This document shows, in pieces, positions 16,914 through 26,522 of a stretch of 64,000 nt of DNA. The stretch lies in the IMG/VR virus record IMGVR_UViG_3300000956_000001, positions 18,630 to 82,629 of that record. The stretch is one strand, 5' to 3'. This DNA comes from a virus. The first letter of the stretch is position 1. Each line of letters opens with the position of its first letter. The notes under the pieces are model-generated. The model made no database searches. It was given only the letters and a program-made list of their open reading frames with translations, and had not been told where the DNA came from. The translations under genes were made by a program, and so were the position numbers.

Positions 16914-18542
16914 TTACTCCGTGAAGTGAGAGTTGATAGTAGTTGTCATCGCCTCCCACTGCGCGGGTTCGAGCGCGTCTCCGATTGCCCGACGATAAGC
17001 CGTGACTGGATCGAAGTACCTCAGGGAGCGGACGAGTTTGATCTGATGACGAAGGCCCCAACTGGTGTGCAGAACGCCATTTGCGGCCGATTCACGAAGC
17101 TCCTTGGCGGCTGCCATGACGGACTTCATCTGCTTCTCCGGGACCACCCAACGGTCGCGCTCAACACGACGCTGGAGAATCTTGATCTCCAGCTCCTCGG
17201 GCGGATAGTCGAAGAACACATGGGACATGCGACTGTTATCGGCATCGGCAATCATCTGTGCGCCGACATTCAGTACGCCCCACTGAGGATTCATCGCCAT
17301 GAAGAAGTAGCAGTCATCATGACGGTAGTACTTCTGGTCGTGCAGGTGGGCGAGCTTCAGGGTCTTCCGATTGTCCATGAGTGGACGGAAGAGTTGCCAG
17401 ATCTCTGCAGGTGCAGTGTTGGGCTCGTCGGCAAGCAGGATACCCGGCCTCGACCACCCGATTGGCAGCTCCCCGAGGTGAGCTACCGTCTCGCCGTTCT
17501 CGAAGAGCATCTTTCCTGCAACGCTATCGATCTCGGAGCTACCGTCGAGGCCGATATACCGGAATGGCGCCTGCATTTTCCAGGCGATCCATCGACCCAT
17601 TTCGGTCTTGCCAGTACCGGCCGCTCCCCACGCAGCTGGCACCTCGTCCAGTTTCATGAACAGAACGGCGAAGGTGTACAGCAGTCCACCGTGATCTGCG
17701 TAGTCCTCAGGAGCCTCGCGATCACCAGTGTTCGGGATCAAGTCAAGGTCGTCATCATCGAACAGACGCTTCTTTGACTTGCCATCAGGCGTCAAGACCA
17801 TGGCATCACGATCGAAGATGGGCAGGTATACAGGCTCCCCGTACCCCTTGGGGTCTTCGACCTTGCGCCAAGCGCGGATGCCTCGCTTGAGGCGCATTGC
17901 ATCACTGACTGGACGATCGGTCTGGTAATCCTTGGGGTCGACGAAGTGTGTGAGTGATGACTCGTACTGTTGCGCGACGTCGATCTCGCCGAATGTTGCA
18001 CTGTACTGCGGAAAGAAAACAAACGTCTTCAGTGGGTCAACCGGGCGGATGCCAACCTGACGTCGGAAGGTGCCGCACTTCTGTGCGTACAGATTCAGAC
18101 GCGCGTTGGGCATAAGCGATCCGGTCGCTCGGCACAGACTGCCAGTCCAGCCGGTAACCTTCTTGACCTCAACCTGGTCGACGTAGTTCACGCAGCTGAT
18201 ACAGTTCGGAGCGTCGCTTGCGTCCGGGAAGGATCGATGTGCCGACGCTGCCTCTGCATCCATGCCGACTCGCAGAATCGGTGCAGAGTTGGGACCAAGC
18301 GGCGTGATCTCGCCAGAGTATCCGAAGTCGCCACAGTTAGCGGCAATCTTCTTCAGAACCCTGCGACTTGTGTCGGCACCCTGCACTGGCTGGATGAGGG
18401 GCAGCATCTTGAGACCACAGACAGGCGAGGCGATGTTCGTCGACAGCGCATTCGTTTGAGCAGCGCCCGTGAGGAACGAGGGACACGTACGGCACGTGCG
18501 CTCGACTGTCGTTGGTCCAGTGGCGGTCGTGGCAGTAGTCAC
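16914..18542 (-). CDS. MoxR/CbbQ/CobS-type AAA+ ATPase with Cys-rich N-terminal extension
   Basis: GAAGTGKT Walker A, LLADEPN Walker B, MAMNP, DYP..E.E..IL, S.GLR; neighbouring vWA gene. Confidence 0.88.
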   Translation of the reverse strand: MTTATTATGPTTVERTCRTCPSFLTGAAQTNALSTNIASPVCGLKMLPLIQPVQGADTSRRVLKKIAANCGDFGYSGEITPLGPNSAPILRVGMDAEAASAHRSFPDASDAPNCISCVNYVDQVEVKKVTGWTGSLCRATGSLMPNARLNLYAQKCGTFRRQVGIRPVDPLKTFVFFPQYSATFGEIDVAQQYESSLTHFVDPKDYQTDRPVSDAMRLKRGIRAWRKVEDPKGYGEPVYLPIFDRDAMVLTPDGKSKKRLFDDDDLDLIPNTGDREAPEDYADHGGLLYTFAVLFMKLDEVPAAWGAAGTGKTEMGRWIAWKMQAPFRYIGLDGSSEIDSVAGKMLFENGETVAHLGELPIGWSRPGILLADEPNTAPAEIWQLFRPLMDNRKTLKLAHLHDQKYYRHDDCYFFMAMNPQWGVLNVGAQMIADADNSRMSHVFFDYPPEELEIKILQRRVERDRWVVPEKQMKSVMAAAKELRESAANGVLHTSWGLRHQIKLVRSLRYFDPVTAYRRAIGDALEPAQWEAMTTTINSHFTE

Positions 18543-18572
18543 TGGAACCTCTCGGCTTGAGTTATATGGCTA

Positions 18573-18743
18573 TCAGGCGTGCAGGGCAACGTGAAGCAGA
18601 CTCGGCTTGCGGGAACTCGGGTGAAGCTTGCCGAAGATCACGCGACCGAGGTAGTCGAGCTTCTCGATCAGCGTACCCTCCTCGCGCTTGACTACGAGCA
18701 AGACGGTTGCGGCAGCGGCCAGTACCAGGGACAACTTCAGCAT
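18573..18743 (-). CDS. small protein with N-terminal hydrophobic helix (56 aa)
   Basis: MLKLSLVLAAAATVLLVVKREEG...; GGAG RBS; follows the promoter at 18800-18829. Confidence 0.55.
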   Translation of the reverse strand: MLKLSLVLAAAATVLLVVKREEGTLIEKLDYLGRVIFGKLHPSSRKPSLLHVALHA

Positions 18744-18799
18744 AGCTTCTCCAAAGAAGGGTTACCGTTGTTGCATCGCAGGTGTTTCGCGATACGCCT

Positions 18800-18829
18800 A
18801 TCCTAGCACTAGGATCGACGGCAGTGCAA
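18800..18829 (-). promoter_or_regulatory. sigma70/HrdB-type promoter
   Basis: TTGCAC-18-TAGGAT. Confidence 0.6.
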
Positions 18830-18882
18830 ACGGATAAAACGGACAAAAGGGGTGCGTTACCGTTCCGTTATAAATCACTGAG

Positions 18883-19374
18883 TTACAGAGTGAACGGATC
18901 GAACAAAATACCGCTTGCGTTTTGCGCCCCTAGCGTTGCAATGGGTGGTCGGACTATCGATGCGGGGATATCGGCCGTCACCGTTGATTCTACCGGGCTA
19001 GCGGGGGGTGCCGTCGCGTACCGGTTGACGGGTGTCATGACGGATCGCGCTCTGGTCATGATGGTTTCCGACATGGCACCGAAGGTAATGATTTCAGTGT
19101 CGCCAGGGTCATCGTAGGCGAGCAGTGCTGCGTACGACATATGGCCCCTGACGTACGTTACGATTGCCCCTTCGATGATTCGCTTGAAGGTCTTCCACAG
19201 GTTGAGATGAGACTGGCACGCCCATGCAGGCACGCCACTCTTGAACATGCCGACGGCTAGACTGTTGCACTCGGGCACCTCGCATGTGAGGTTCCGAATA
19301 GCAAACTCACGCCTTAGCTGGTCATCATCAACCAGGTCAAGTGTGTGTGCTCTTGATGGACGTGCGTATCCCAT
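18883..19374 (-). CDS. hypothetical protein
   Basis: 163 aa, C..PEC...C..H. Confidence 0.65.
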   Translation of the reverse strand: MGYARPSRAHTLDLVDDDQLRREFAIRNLTCEVPECNSLAVGMFKSGVPAWACQSHLNLWKTFKRIIEGAIVTYVRGHMSYAALLAYDDPGDTEIITFGAMSETIMTRARSVMTPVNRYATAPPASPVESTVTADIPASIVRPPIATLGAQNASGILFDPFTL

Positions 19375-19377
19375 TGC

Positions 19378-19935
19378 TCACCTACCGAGTGCGGTATTGC
19401 AGACTTTGACCTTGCTGTCGTACGCGTTCTGTAGTTCCATGAACTCGTTCGTTGCTGTTCGAGTCTTTGACAGTGCTGCATGTAGCTCGTTGCCTGCGCG
19501 GATAAGACCCTGATGATCTTTCTCAACGATGGCAACGCGTGCACGGCTGATGATATCGGTGACCTGACTGCTCTGCGTGTTGACAGAGTTCATCAGTGGC
19601 ACCATCTTTAGTGCAGTGTCGAGTGCGTCTATGCAGTCTTGTGGTACGGATGGAGCTGTGACCGTGACCGTTATCGTCTTGGTTACCGTGACTGCTGGTG
19701 CCGGTTGACGATCTGGAAGTTCGGTTGGCTTGCAACCGCGACCACAGAAGAAGAACAGGATCGCGGTGAGGACTAACAGAATGAACGCGAGGCAGCCACG
19801 CCCGTTTGAGGCAGATTGAGGTACCGTTTGATACTCTACGGTAGGAATGACGACTGTCGGAACATCACTGAATTCAGGCGGCGTACTGTTCGCATTAGAC
19901 CGGCGAAGATCATCGATGTTGAAGTCGTCATTCAC
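19378..19935 (-). CDS. membrane-anchored protein
   Basis: TM segment, P/T-rich stalk, helical domain closed by two Cys. Confidence 0.7.
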   Translation of the reverse strand: MNDDFNIDDLRRSNANSTPPEFSDVPTVVIPTVEYQTVPQSASNGRGCLAFILLVLTAILFFFCGRGCKPTELPDRQPAPAVTVTKTITVTVTAPSVPQDCIDALDTALKMVPLMNSVNTQSSQVTDIISRARVAIVEKDHQGLIRAGNELHAALSKTRTATNEFMELQNAYDSKVKVCNTALGR

Positions 19936-19937
19936 GC

Positions 19938-20984
19938 CTACTCCTTTGGTGCGTCGACCTGGTCATCGGCCTTGTCATCAGACTCCGGGGTCTGAAATGT
20001 CGGCAGGTCGATCCGCGTTGCACTGACACTCGTATCCCTTGGCGGATGAACCGCACCGAGTTTGCCGTCCTTGCTGAACACCTCGGGCACCACCGGCAGA
20101 TCGTCTGGGTTATCGAAGAAGGTGTTGCCCTCCGGGACCTTGAATTCCACAGTCGGATCAGCCAGAGACCGATACTGACCCGACGGCCAACCGTACCCCG
20201 GACGGTTGAGGCGAGCGAAGTCATCGACGCCCAGGTCTACGCCCAGCTCTGTTGCATCAAAGGGCTCCAGATTACTTACCTCGATGTGTGTGTCGTGCTC
20301 GGTCACCCGACGATGAACCTCAAAGAGTTCCCTGGGAAGATCCAGATCGGCAGGGAACTTCTTGTCAAGGTCAAGGTTATCTGATACGTAGTTCTGTGCC
20401 AGACTGTTCTTGACCTTTTTGTCATGGGGCTTTTCGGGCCGTTCTGCCTTGGGAATCGGAGGCCTCGGAGTGAACTCCAGCTTGTTAAGCCTTCCGATGT
20501 CAATCATGCGCGGCTCCACAACGAGCCTGCTTGTATATTCGCCTGACGGCATGTCATCTGGTTCATTAACGGTGACAACCTCCACCTCAGCTTCGGGTTC
20601 AGGCTGGTCTTCCAGGTGCGTCACCTCTGCGCGCGCAATCAGCAGCTCGCCGTGCTCGCCCGTGTCGGACGCACTGTCCAGCGGCGCCAGCTCCGGACCA
20701 TCGTCGTGACGCAGCGAATCAGTATCGACGGGCGCCTCGGCTACCGGGGCCGAGGCGACAGCGTCAGGATACTCCTCCATCTCCTCCCACACCTTGGCGT
20801 ACATACCGTTCTGGATGACGGTGTGAATACCCCGACCCCCGAATCCGATCTCGATATCACCCCTATCGTTGATGTGCCAGTGGTTAAACTCGTGAGGCTC
20901 CCAGATGACGTGCACTGGCGGGTGGCTAGACGGCTTGCCGTGCAGGAACGGATGCTCCAGTACGTGGAGCTTCGTGACCTTCAT
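19938..20984 (-). CDS. hypothetical acidic/Pro-rich protein
   Basis: Long ORF; likely start MKVTK after AGGAG. Confidence 0.7.
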   Translation of the reverse strand: MKVTKLHVLEHPFLHGKPSSHPPVHVIWEPHEFNHWHINDRGDIEIGFGGRGIHTVIQNGMYAKVWEEMEEYPDAVASAPVAEAPVDTDSLRHDDGPELAPLDSASDTGEHGELLIARAEVTHLEDQPEPEAEVEVVTVNEPDDMPSGEYTSRLVVEPRMIDIGRLNKLEFTPRPPIPKAERPEKPHDKKVKNSLAQNYVSDNLDLDKKFPADLDLPRELFEVHRRVTEHDTHIEVSNLEPFDATELGVDLGVDDFARLNRPGYGWPSGQYRSLADPTVEFKVPEGNTFFDNPDDLPVVPEVFSKDGKLGAVHPPRDTSVSATRIDLPTFQTPESDDKADDQVDAPKE

Positions 20985-21171
20985 CGCATTCTCCTGTCTC
21001 GTTTTGACAGACTGCCGATAACAAGTGCCTGGATAGATCCTGTTTGCCACGGCCCCCGGTGCACGCTACCATAGAAGCACGCAAGCGGTACACGGTCGTA
21101 AGTGCCTAATGCGTGTCCGCTCTTTGGCGAGCAGCGGACGGTAATCTCGTTGATGTGCAGGGGTGCGCAAG

Positions 21172-21206
21172 GGCCCCCGTCAGGTCGTGGCAGCCTGACG
21201 GGGGCC
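21172..21206 (-). terminator. terminator-like hairpin
   Basis: 13-bp stem GGCCCCCGTCAGG/CCTGACGGGGGCC. Confidence 0.7.
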
Positions 21207-21214
21207 TCGCTCTC

Positions 21215-21337
21215 TTAAAGGAGAAGGAGCATGACTGGAATTACGACAAATACTGCGCACGCCAGGGCGACAATCGTAATTACGATGGCGAGCAAGATGC
21301 TGTCGATACTTGGCTGCTCGTCATCATGTCCAGTCAC
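21215..21337 (-). CDS. small membrane peptide (40 aa)
   Basis: MTGHDDEQPSIDSILLAIVITIVALACAVFVVIPVMLLLL. Confidence 0.5.
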   Translation of the reverse strand: MTGHDDEQPSIDSILLAIVITIVALACAVFVVIPVMLLLL

Positions 21338-21340
21338 TGG

Positions 21341-22138
21341 TTACGCCCGAGTCAGGACGCCAGCCGCGAGAGCGGCCTGGGTCCAGGATGCCCACTCGAC
21401 CAGCATGGCGTCGGCGAACTCTGCCTCAGAGCATGCCAGCAGGTCACGCTGGTACGTGCTGCGCTGGGTGTTGATGTTGTCGAGCAGACGCTTCGGGCCG
21501 GTGTATCGGTCCACGTAGTCGAACAGCTCGACGTGCCTGACGACGATCGGCTTGATGAAGATCGGGTAGCGCGACGTCTCCCAGAACAGGTCGAGCGTCT
21601 CGTCGTCGTACCGACGGTTCGAGTTGTCGCCGTCCGACAGGATCGCAGCGTGGATCGGCGCCTTGGCCTTCTTGCCGAGCTTGATGAGCGCCTTGAGTGG
21701 CTGACGCAGGTCCGTGCCGCCCATCCGTCGACGACCACCGAGTCGAAGCTCCCGCTCGATGATGCCTCGATAGTTGCTCACGGAGGCTGTGATGCCCTCG
21801 TAGATATCCCCATCGAAGCCGATGACCGGAACCTGTCCGTCAACATCGATCTGGAGAACGAATCCCAGGTAGCGCTCCGCCATACGCTGGACGGCGCCCG
21901 AACTGTACTCGTTGGCCATTGAGCCGGAGTGGTCGACGATCAGAACGCCGTCCGCCTTGACGCCATTCTGGCCAGCCTTCTTGAGGCTGATGCCAGCGGC
22001 GCGCGCGTTCTTGGCGAGACCCTCGTGACCGGTCTTCTCCAGTGCCTCCAAGTCGATTGCCGACTCGTCGACGTTGGGCCGGTAAATCAGCGGTGCCGAG
22101 TGGGCGACCGTGATCTTGTTGCCTGGCATGCCGAACAT
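21341..22138 (-). CDS. vWA domain protein, TerF-associated type
   Basis: LIVDHSGSMANEYSSGAVQ..AER......D.DG.VPV..F, MGGT, ILSDG, S.YPIF; GAGGAGG RBS before ATG 22138. Confidence 0.85.
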   Translation of the reverse strand: MFGMPGNKITVAHSAPLIYRPNVDESAIDLEALEKTGHEGLAKNARAAGISLKKAGQNGVKADGVLIVDHSGSMANEYSSGAVQRMAERYLGFVLQIDVDGQVPVIGFDGDIYEGITASVSNYRGIIERELRLGGRRRMGGTDLRQPLKALIKLGKKAKAPIHAAILSDGDNSNRRYDDETLDLFWETSRYPIFIKPIVVRHVELFDYVDRYTGPKRLLDNINTQRSTYQRDLLACSEAEFADAMLVEWASWTQAALAAGVLTRA

Positions 22139-22303
22139 GTTCCTCCTCGTTGGGTATGGGGAACGCGATAGCCGAGACACCTCCTGAAACAGGCGGCCTC
22201 TTCCAGTCTCGACTACCGCCGCACTGGGCCTAATCCCTCCCAGTACAGACTCTAGTCACTGCTGCGTCAGCTTGACGGCCCAGGTTTCTCACGCCTGGTG
22301 TGA

Positions 22304-22645
22304 CTAGGGCTGCTTGTTGTTACCTTTACCGTTCCCGTGGGGCAAGCTCTCGGGAGCGATGCCGCCAGGAACGTTGAGCCCCAGCATAGTGTTGACCACC
22401 TGCTGGATGCTGGCGTTCAGGATCGTGAATGGATCCTTGCGGAAGGATTCGGTACCAGGGTTCATGTACCGAAGTTCAACACTGCATGAGTCGACTGCAC
22501 CTTCTGCGACACTCAGGGTATTGAGCAGGCCTCGAACCGTCTGGATATCGTTCGACTGGATCCGAATACCGCAGTTCTCAGTCTCGCCGGACTGAGCGCT
22601 CGGGTACCGGAAGTGCAACGTGCGCACGTTGTTCGGCTCGGTCAT
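22304..22645 (-). CDS. hypothetical protein
   Basis: 113 aa, coupled. Confidence 0.65.
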   Translation of the reverse strand: MTEPNNVRTLHFRYPSAQSGETENCGIRIQSNDIQTVRGLLNTLSVAEGAVDSCSVELRYMNPGTESFRKDPFTILNASIQQVVNTMLGLNVPGGIAPESLPHGNGKGNNKQP

Positions 22646-23022
22646 GATGTCTCCCGGTCTGGCGCGTCAACCAGCTCGGACCAGACCGTGCCCTCTTCGT
22701 CCACGAGCTGGAAGTCCCAGTTCGTGTCGACTGATGGCTCGGCGTCGACGACGCCGAGGATGTCGTACGGACTGGTGTCGTTGTGGATGAGCATGAGTCG
22801 CTCTTCGTTGACGGCATCCAGAATGTTCTCGACGTCGTGACCGATGCGACACGGAATAGTGGCGCTGTTCGCCCTTTCGGCCGACAGGTAGTTTCCCTTG
22901 TCGAAGTGCATGCGCTCCCGCATTACGAACTGCATGCTAAGCTCTTCGAGCGGAGGCGCACCATCTTTCAGCACGATGTGCTTGCCGAGGCGCTCCCGGA
23001 GGATCTTCTCGTAGTCCGTCAC
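22642..23022 (-). CDS. hypothetical protein
   Basis: 126 aa, coupled. Confidence 0.65.
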   Translation of the reverse strand: MTDYEKILRERLGKHIVLKDGAPPLEELSMQFVMRERMHFDKGNYLSAERANSATIPCRIGHDVENILDAVNEERLMLIHNDTSPYDILGVVDAEPSVDTNWDFQLVDEEGTVWSELVDAPDRETS

Positions 23023-23126
23023 TTAAGTCCTTCCATCTGATTTAGTACGATGCCGAGCCAGATCAGTGCGACGCCGAGGACGATCACACACAGTGCAAGG
23101 AAGAAGTTTCCTCCGTCACCTCGCAT
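23019..23126 (-). CDS. small membrane peptide (35 aa)
   Basis: MRGDGGNFFLALCVIVLGVALIWLGIVLNQMEGLK; GGAGG RBS. Confidence 0.55.
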   Translation of the reverse strand: MRGDGGNFFLALCVIVLGVALIWLGIVLNQMEGLK

Positions 23127-23134
23127 GTCGCCTC

Positions 23135-23338
23135 CTAGAAGTTAAGCTTGCCAGCCATCATGAGTGCAATGAGTACAAGCACGACGATTACCCACTTCGG
23201 CAGTGACACCCAGATGCGCCACCCAAGAACTGCGATAAACAGACATCCACCGACTACGCCCCAGAACCTCATGCTTTCGTAGAACGGGACGTCTGGAGTG
23301 CCGATGGTGATGTCAGCCAGATACTGAATCTGGTTCAC
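23135..23338 (-). CDS. small two-TM membrane protein
   Basis: Hydrophobic C-terminal half. Confidence 0.6.
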   Translation of the reverse strand: MNQIQYLADITIGTPDVPFYESMRFWGVVGGCLFIAVLGWRIWVSLPKWVIVVLVLIALMMAGKLNF

Positions 23339-23352
23339 CGGAGGAAAGCTCC

Positions 23353-23490
23353 CTACTTGGTAGCGGGTACGCAGGTCTCGCGCTTCGCTGAATCTTTACC
23401 TGCATTGTACCCGATGACTGCACCTGCGCCAAAGAAGATGATCAGAAGGATTCCAATCATCGTGGCAGGTGATCCGTGCCGTTTCGTCAT
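23353..23490 (-). CDS. small membrane peptide (45 aa)
   Basis: MTKRHGSPATMIGILLIIFFGAGAVIGYNAGK... Confidence 0.5.
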   Translation of the reverse strand: MTKRHGSPATMIGILLIIFFGAGAVIGYNAGKDSAKRETCVPATK

Positions 23491-23491
23491 G

Positions 23492-23953
23492 TCACACCTT
23501 CAGGGGTTCGCGCCACTCGGGCCACACGTACGGAAGACCTGGCTTGACCTCTGGCCAGATGGCGCCGTAGTAGTTGGCGTCTTTCAGCACGAGGTTACTC
23601 TTGTGGCTCTGGTGGAATCCTTCGTGGCCGAGCCACCAGGGGGTGCCAGTATTGTTGGCCGGAGTCCAGATCTTCTCGTACATGGCATCCTGGCACAGGT
23701 CTGCGATCTTGCCGCCCATGTTGTCTTCGTAGCCACGAACTCGCCACTCAGCGCACATTGTGAGGCCGTACTCCATGAGTAGCCACTCGCAACCGCGCCA
23801 CATGTTTATGACTGGATGGTTAGCCCAGCCACTCGTCAGACCCGCGAGTGTTTGCAGAATCTGATACGTCTCCACTCGCTGCTTCCCCAACCTCTGCCGG
23901 TCGAGAATAGTCGCTGTCTCGGAGAAACTCGCAACCGGGAGAAAAGTCTGCAT
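23492..23953 (-). CDS. pyrimidine-dimer DNA glycosylase/endonuclease V family protein (MSMEG_6728-like)
   Basis: MQTFLP...LDRQRLGKQRVE..QIL...GWANHP..MWRG...EW..RGY.D...PWWLG...H.SH.SNL..KD...Y...YVWP. Confidence 0.88.
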   Translation of the reverse strand: MQTFLPVASFSETATILDRQRLGKQRVETYQILQTLAGLTSGWANHPVINMWRGCEWLLMEYGLTMCAEWRVRGYEDNMGGKIADLCQDAMYEKIWTPANNTGTPWWLGHEGFHQSHKSNLVLKDANYYGAIWPEVKPGLPYVWPEWREPLKV

Positions 23954-24497
23954 GTGCAACCTCCGTGTTGCCGAGGAAGGTCTGGCCGCTATCACCAGCC
24001 CAGCGGTCGAGATCGCTGAGGTACTGGTTATTCAGCCACGTGTTGATGCGCAACTTCAGATCTTCGGCCATGTGGATTGGTACCGGCATGAGATAGAACC
24101 CCAGTGCGCCAGCCCATTCTCGCAACGCACCGATGTACGGACGCGAATGACCAACCTCGTAGGCCGTGAACTGATGAACCGCAAGGGTGGTCCACTGTGC
24201 CAGTGTTGTCAGGCGAATGAAACGCTTCCGTCGATACACTGTGAGGAAGTTCACGATCGGATCCAGCCTGTGTCTGACTCGATTCTGAGATGAGCCAGCA
24301 GGTTTTGTTTTCACCTCTTCGTTCGCATCTGGTCTGCGTGTTCCGCGCGCACTGACAACGCCTTCAGCCCTGAAGTGTGCGGTCACGATCATGCGGATTC
24401 TCTTCAGATCCTCTTGGCTAAGATCTTCGCCATCTTTGCGAGTGATGACAATCTTGCCGGAAGAACTGAGATTGATCAGCCAGGCAGGAAAGGTCAC
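23820..24497 (-). CDS. putative HTH_XRE-like DNA-binding protein
   Basis: LTTLAQWT......TAYEVGHSRP....LREWAGALG. Confidence 0.55.
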   Translation of the reverse strand: MTFPAWLINLSSSGKIVITRKDGEDLSQEDLKRIRMIVTAHFRAEGVVSARGTRRPDANEEVKTKPAGSSQNRVRHRLDPIVNFLTVYRRKRFIRLTTLAQWTTLAVHQFTAYEVGHSRPYIGALREWAGALGFYLMPVPIHMAEDLKLRINTWLNNQYLSDLDRWAGDSGQTFLGNTEVAHADFSPGCEFLRDSDYSRPAEVGEAASGDVSDSANTRGSDEWLG

Positions 24498-24601
24498 CAG
24501 TCGTTCCTTCCTCCGCCGCCCTTGCCTCGTCCGAAGATGAGGATCAGAACGATACCGAGAAGTCCGATACCACCCAGGATGGCAGCAACTTCTGTCGGCA
24601 T
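24494..24601 (-). CDS. small membrane peptide (35 aa)
   Basis: MPTEVAAILGGIGLLGIVLILIFGRGKGGGGRNDW; GGGAG RBS. Confidence 0.55.
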   Translation of the reverse strand: MPTEVAAILGGIGLLGIVLILIFGRGKGGGGRNDW

Positions 24602-24629
24602 AACTCTCCCTTCGTTCGGTAATCCAGTG

Positions 24630-24666
24630 CGGTGCGTAGACGGAGGCTAGTCTCGCCTACGCACCG
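24630..24666 (-). terminator. terminator-like hairpin
   Basis: CGGTGCGTAG/CTACGCACCG stem. Confidence 0.55.
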
Positions 24667-24689
24667 GGTCTGAGTCACCGACCGTCTTG

Positions 24690-25031
24690 TTACAGTGCAG
24701 CCAGCTTTGCGTCGAACTTTGCGATGCTGGCCTGCACCGATCTGACGATATCGCCGGGGTGATATACCTCAACCTTACCAGCGAGCACGTCGATCAACAT
24801 GACTTCCGTGTCGTGCTTGAGCTTGTTATCCTTCCAGACAAGCTGGCAGGCGCGGTATCGGTGACTGGCAATCCTGCGCGCCTTGTCCAGTACGGCGACC
24901 ACCTCGTCGGTGGTCTGGATAATCCAGGTCACGCCATACTCGTCGATGACGATGTCATCCTTGACGAGAGATTGCGAATCTCGCACGACGAGGGGTTTGG
25001 GCTTCTCGTCTTCATCGAAGTGCATGTTCAT
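24690..25031 (-). CDS. hypothetical protein
   Basis: AAGGAG before MNMHFD. Confidence 0.65.
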   Translation of the reverse strand: MNMHFDEDEKPKPLVVRDSQSLVKDDIVIDEYGVTWIIQTTDEVVAVLDKARRIASHRYRACQLVWKDNKLKHDTEVMLIDVLAGKVEVYHPGDIVRSVQASIAKFDAKLAAL

Positions 25032-25309
25032 CTCCTTGCAAACAGGACGATGCCCCAACAGATCACGGCAATCACCCAGATGACTTTCGCGCCTGTCGGG
25101 ATATCATGCGACAGTTGGCCAGTGATTTCTACCTCCAGGGCTGATAGACAACGATAATGAAGAATAGGACGCACAGTGCAGTCAAAATGAGGAACGTCTT
25201 GACTGCACGCTTCAGCTCGTCCACGATCAGGCAGTCCAGGCCACGATCAGAACGATGGCGACCACGACCGCCAGCCCGCAGAGAATCTTGAATGCAGTGT
25301 ACGGGCGCA

Positions 25310-25669
25310 CTACTTGTCACCCCGCGTCCGGAAGATACTGTTCAGGATGGTACGGCGACGCTTGCTGAATTTGTTGTTCAGTCGCCGATCCTCGCGGTTC
25401 TGATCGTCCGGCTCCACTGTCTCGGTGTGCGTGTGGCTGTCGTGCTCGGGAACCGTCAGGAACACGTCGGACCGCGTGAAGATAGCGTTCAGTCCCTCGC
25501 GGCTGATCGAGCGAGCCTCGTGGTTGGGCTTGATGCCCTCGCCGCGACGAATTCGGTGACTGATGTCCGACTGCTGGGTCTTGCCGTGCAGACCCTTTTT
25601 GTTCTTCGCCGTACGATCCTTGGCTCGCGTCCGCTCGGTGCACGGCTTGGCCTTCTTGGGGGTGTTCAC
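25310..25669 (-). CDS. basic hypothetical protein
   Basis: 119 aa, K/R-rich, GTGA overlap. Confidence 0.6.
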   Translation of the reverse strand: MNTPKKAKPCTERTRAKDRTAKNKKGLHGKTQQSDISHRIRRGEGIKPNHEARSISREGLNAIFTRSDVFLTVPEHDSHTHTETVEPDDQNREDRRLNNKFSKRRRTILNSIFRTRGDK

Positions 25670-25752
25670 TTGGTGATCCTCCAGATGATGACGAACATAC
25701 CCGCACAGAAGGCGACTGTACAGATGATACCTTCGATCTCAATGGCTGTCAT
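25666..25752 (-). CDS. small membrane peptide (28 aa)
   Basis: MTAIEIEGIICTVAFCAGMFVIIWRITK; 4-nt overlaps on both sides. Confidence 0.55.
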   Translation of the reverse strand: MTAIEIEGIICTVAFCAGMFVIIWRITK

Positions 25753-25844
25753 CTGTGACCCTTCCGATCGAGATAGATGACAACGCCAGCACCAGCCAGG
25801 GCAACGATAACGCTACCAATGCAGATGTACTGCCAGGTGTACAT
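25749..25844 (-). CDS. small membrane peptide (31 aa)
   Basis: MYTWQYICIGSVIVALAGAGVVIYLDRKGHR; overlaps on both sides. Confidence 0.55.
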   Translation of the reverse strand: MYTWQYICIGSVIVALAGAGVVIYLDRKGHR

Positions 25845-26305
25845 CAGGCGTCTGCCTTAAGTCCATCCCTGCGACGACGCGCGTTGACGATGGCAGCGGC
25901 ATTCTCACGCTCACGCTCGACCAGGCGGGCACGCTCTGCCTTGTTGTGCATGCGTCGCGTCTCGTTGCGCCGGTCACGCTTCGCTCGAAGTTCGGCCTTC
26001 GCCGACTCCAGGCCGCTGGGGTGCGCGGCCAGACGCTTGATACTCACGCCCAGGAAGGACTTGCCGGAGGGCTTACCTTTGCCGGTCAGCTTGTTGCCGT
26101 CGGCGCTGTACCGGCGAGTCGTCGTCGTGTTGACCTTCTCCAGGACGAAGATCTTCTCGCTGTCCTTGTTGCTCGGGTCACGTGGCAGCCAGATACCACG
26201 GGGGTCCTGGATGACGGCCATTTCCTGCTTGAACGCCTTGCCATTACGACGCTTGGAGTTCCGCGCGCCCCGCTCTTTCTTGGGCTTCTGCTGCGCACTC
26301 GCCAT
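25844..26305 (-). CDS. highly basic hypothetical protein
   Basis: GGGAGGTG RBS before MASAQQK; strong codon bias. Confidence 0.7.
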   Translation of the reverse strand: MASAQQKPKKERGARNSKRRNGKAFKQEMAVIQDPRGIWLPRDPSNKDSEKIFVLEKVNTTTTRRYSADGNKLTGKGKPSGKSFLGVSIKRLAAHPSGLESAKAELRAKRDRRNETRRMHNKAERARLVERERENAAAIVNARRRRDGLKADA

Positions 26306-26347
26306 GACGAGTCGCACCTCCCTCTCTTGTCTGCTCTTGACCGCTTG

Positions 26348-26464
26348 CTAGTTGGGTCGACCAACCAGGACGCCTGCCAGAAAGATACATATGGCCAGAC
26401 ATACTGAACCTGATCCAATCAGGTACCAGCATACCATCTCGTTGTTACCGAGGGCGTCGAGCAT
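26348..26464 (-). CDS. small membrane peptide (38 aa)
   Basis: MLDALGNNEMVCWYLIGSGSVCLAICIFLAGVLVGRPN. Confidence 0.45.
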   Translation of the reverse strand: MLDALGNNEMVCWYLIGSGSVCLAICIFLAGVLVGRPN

Positions 26465-26522
26465 CTTGTTCACTGTTTAGTTGGCCTTCCCACCGCTTGC
26501 GTCTGTAGCTGAGCTGGCTACG

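Noticed and set aside
22185-22303. Riboswitch upstream of the vWA gene
   Set aside because: Several short hairpins, but I could not match a known aptamer consensus (only superficial ZTP-like words)
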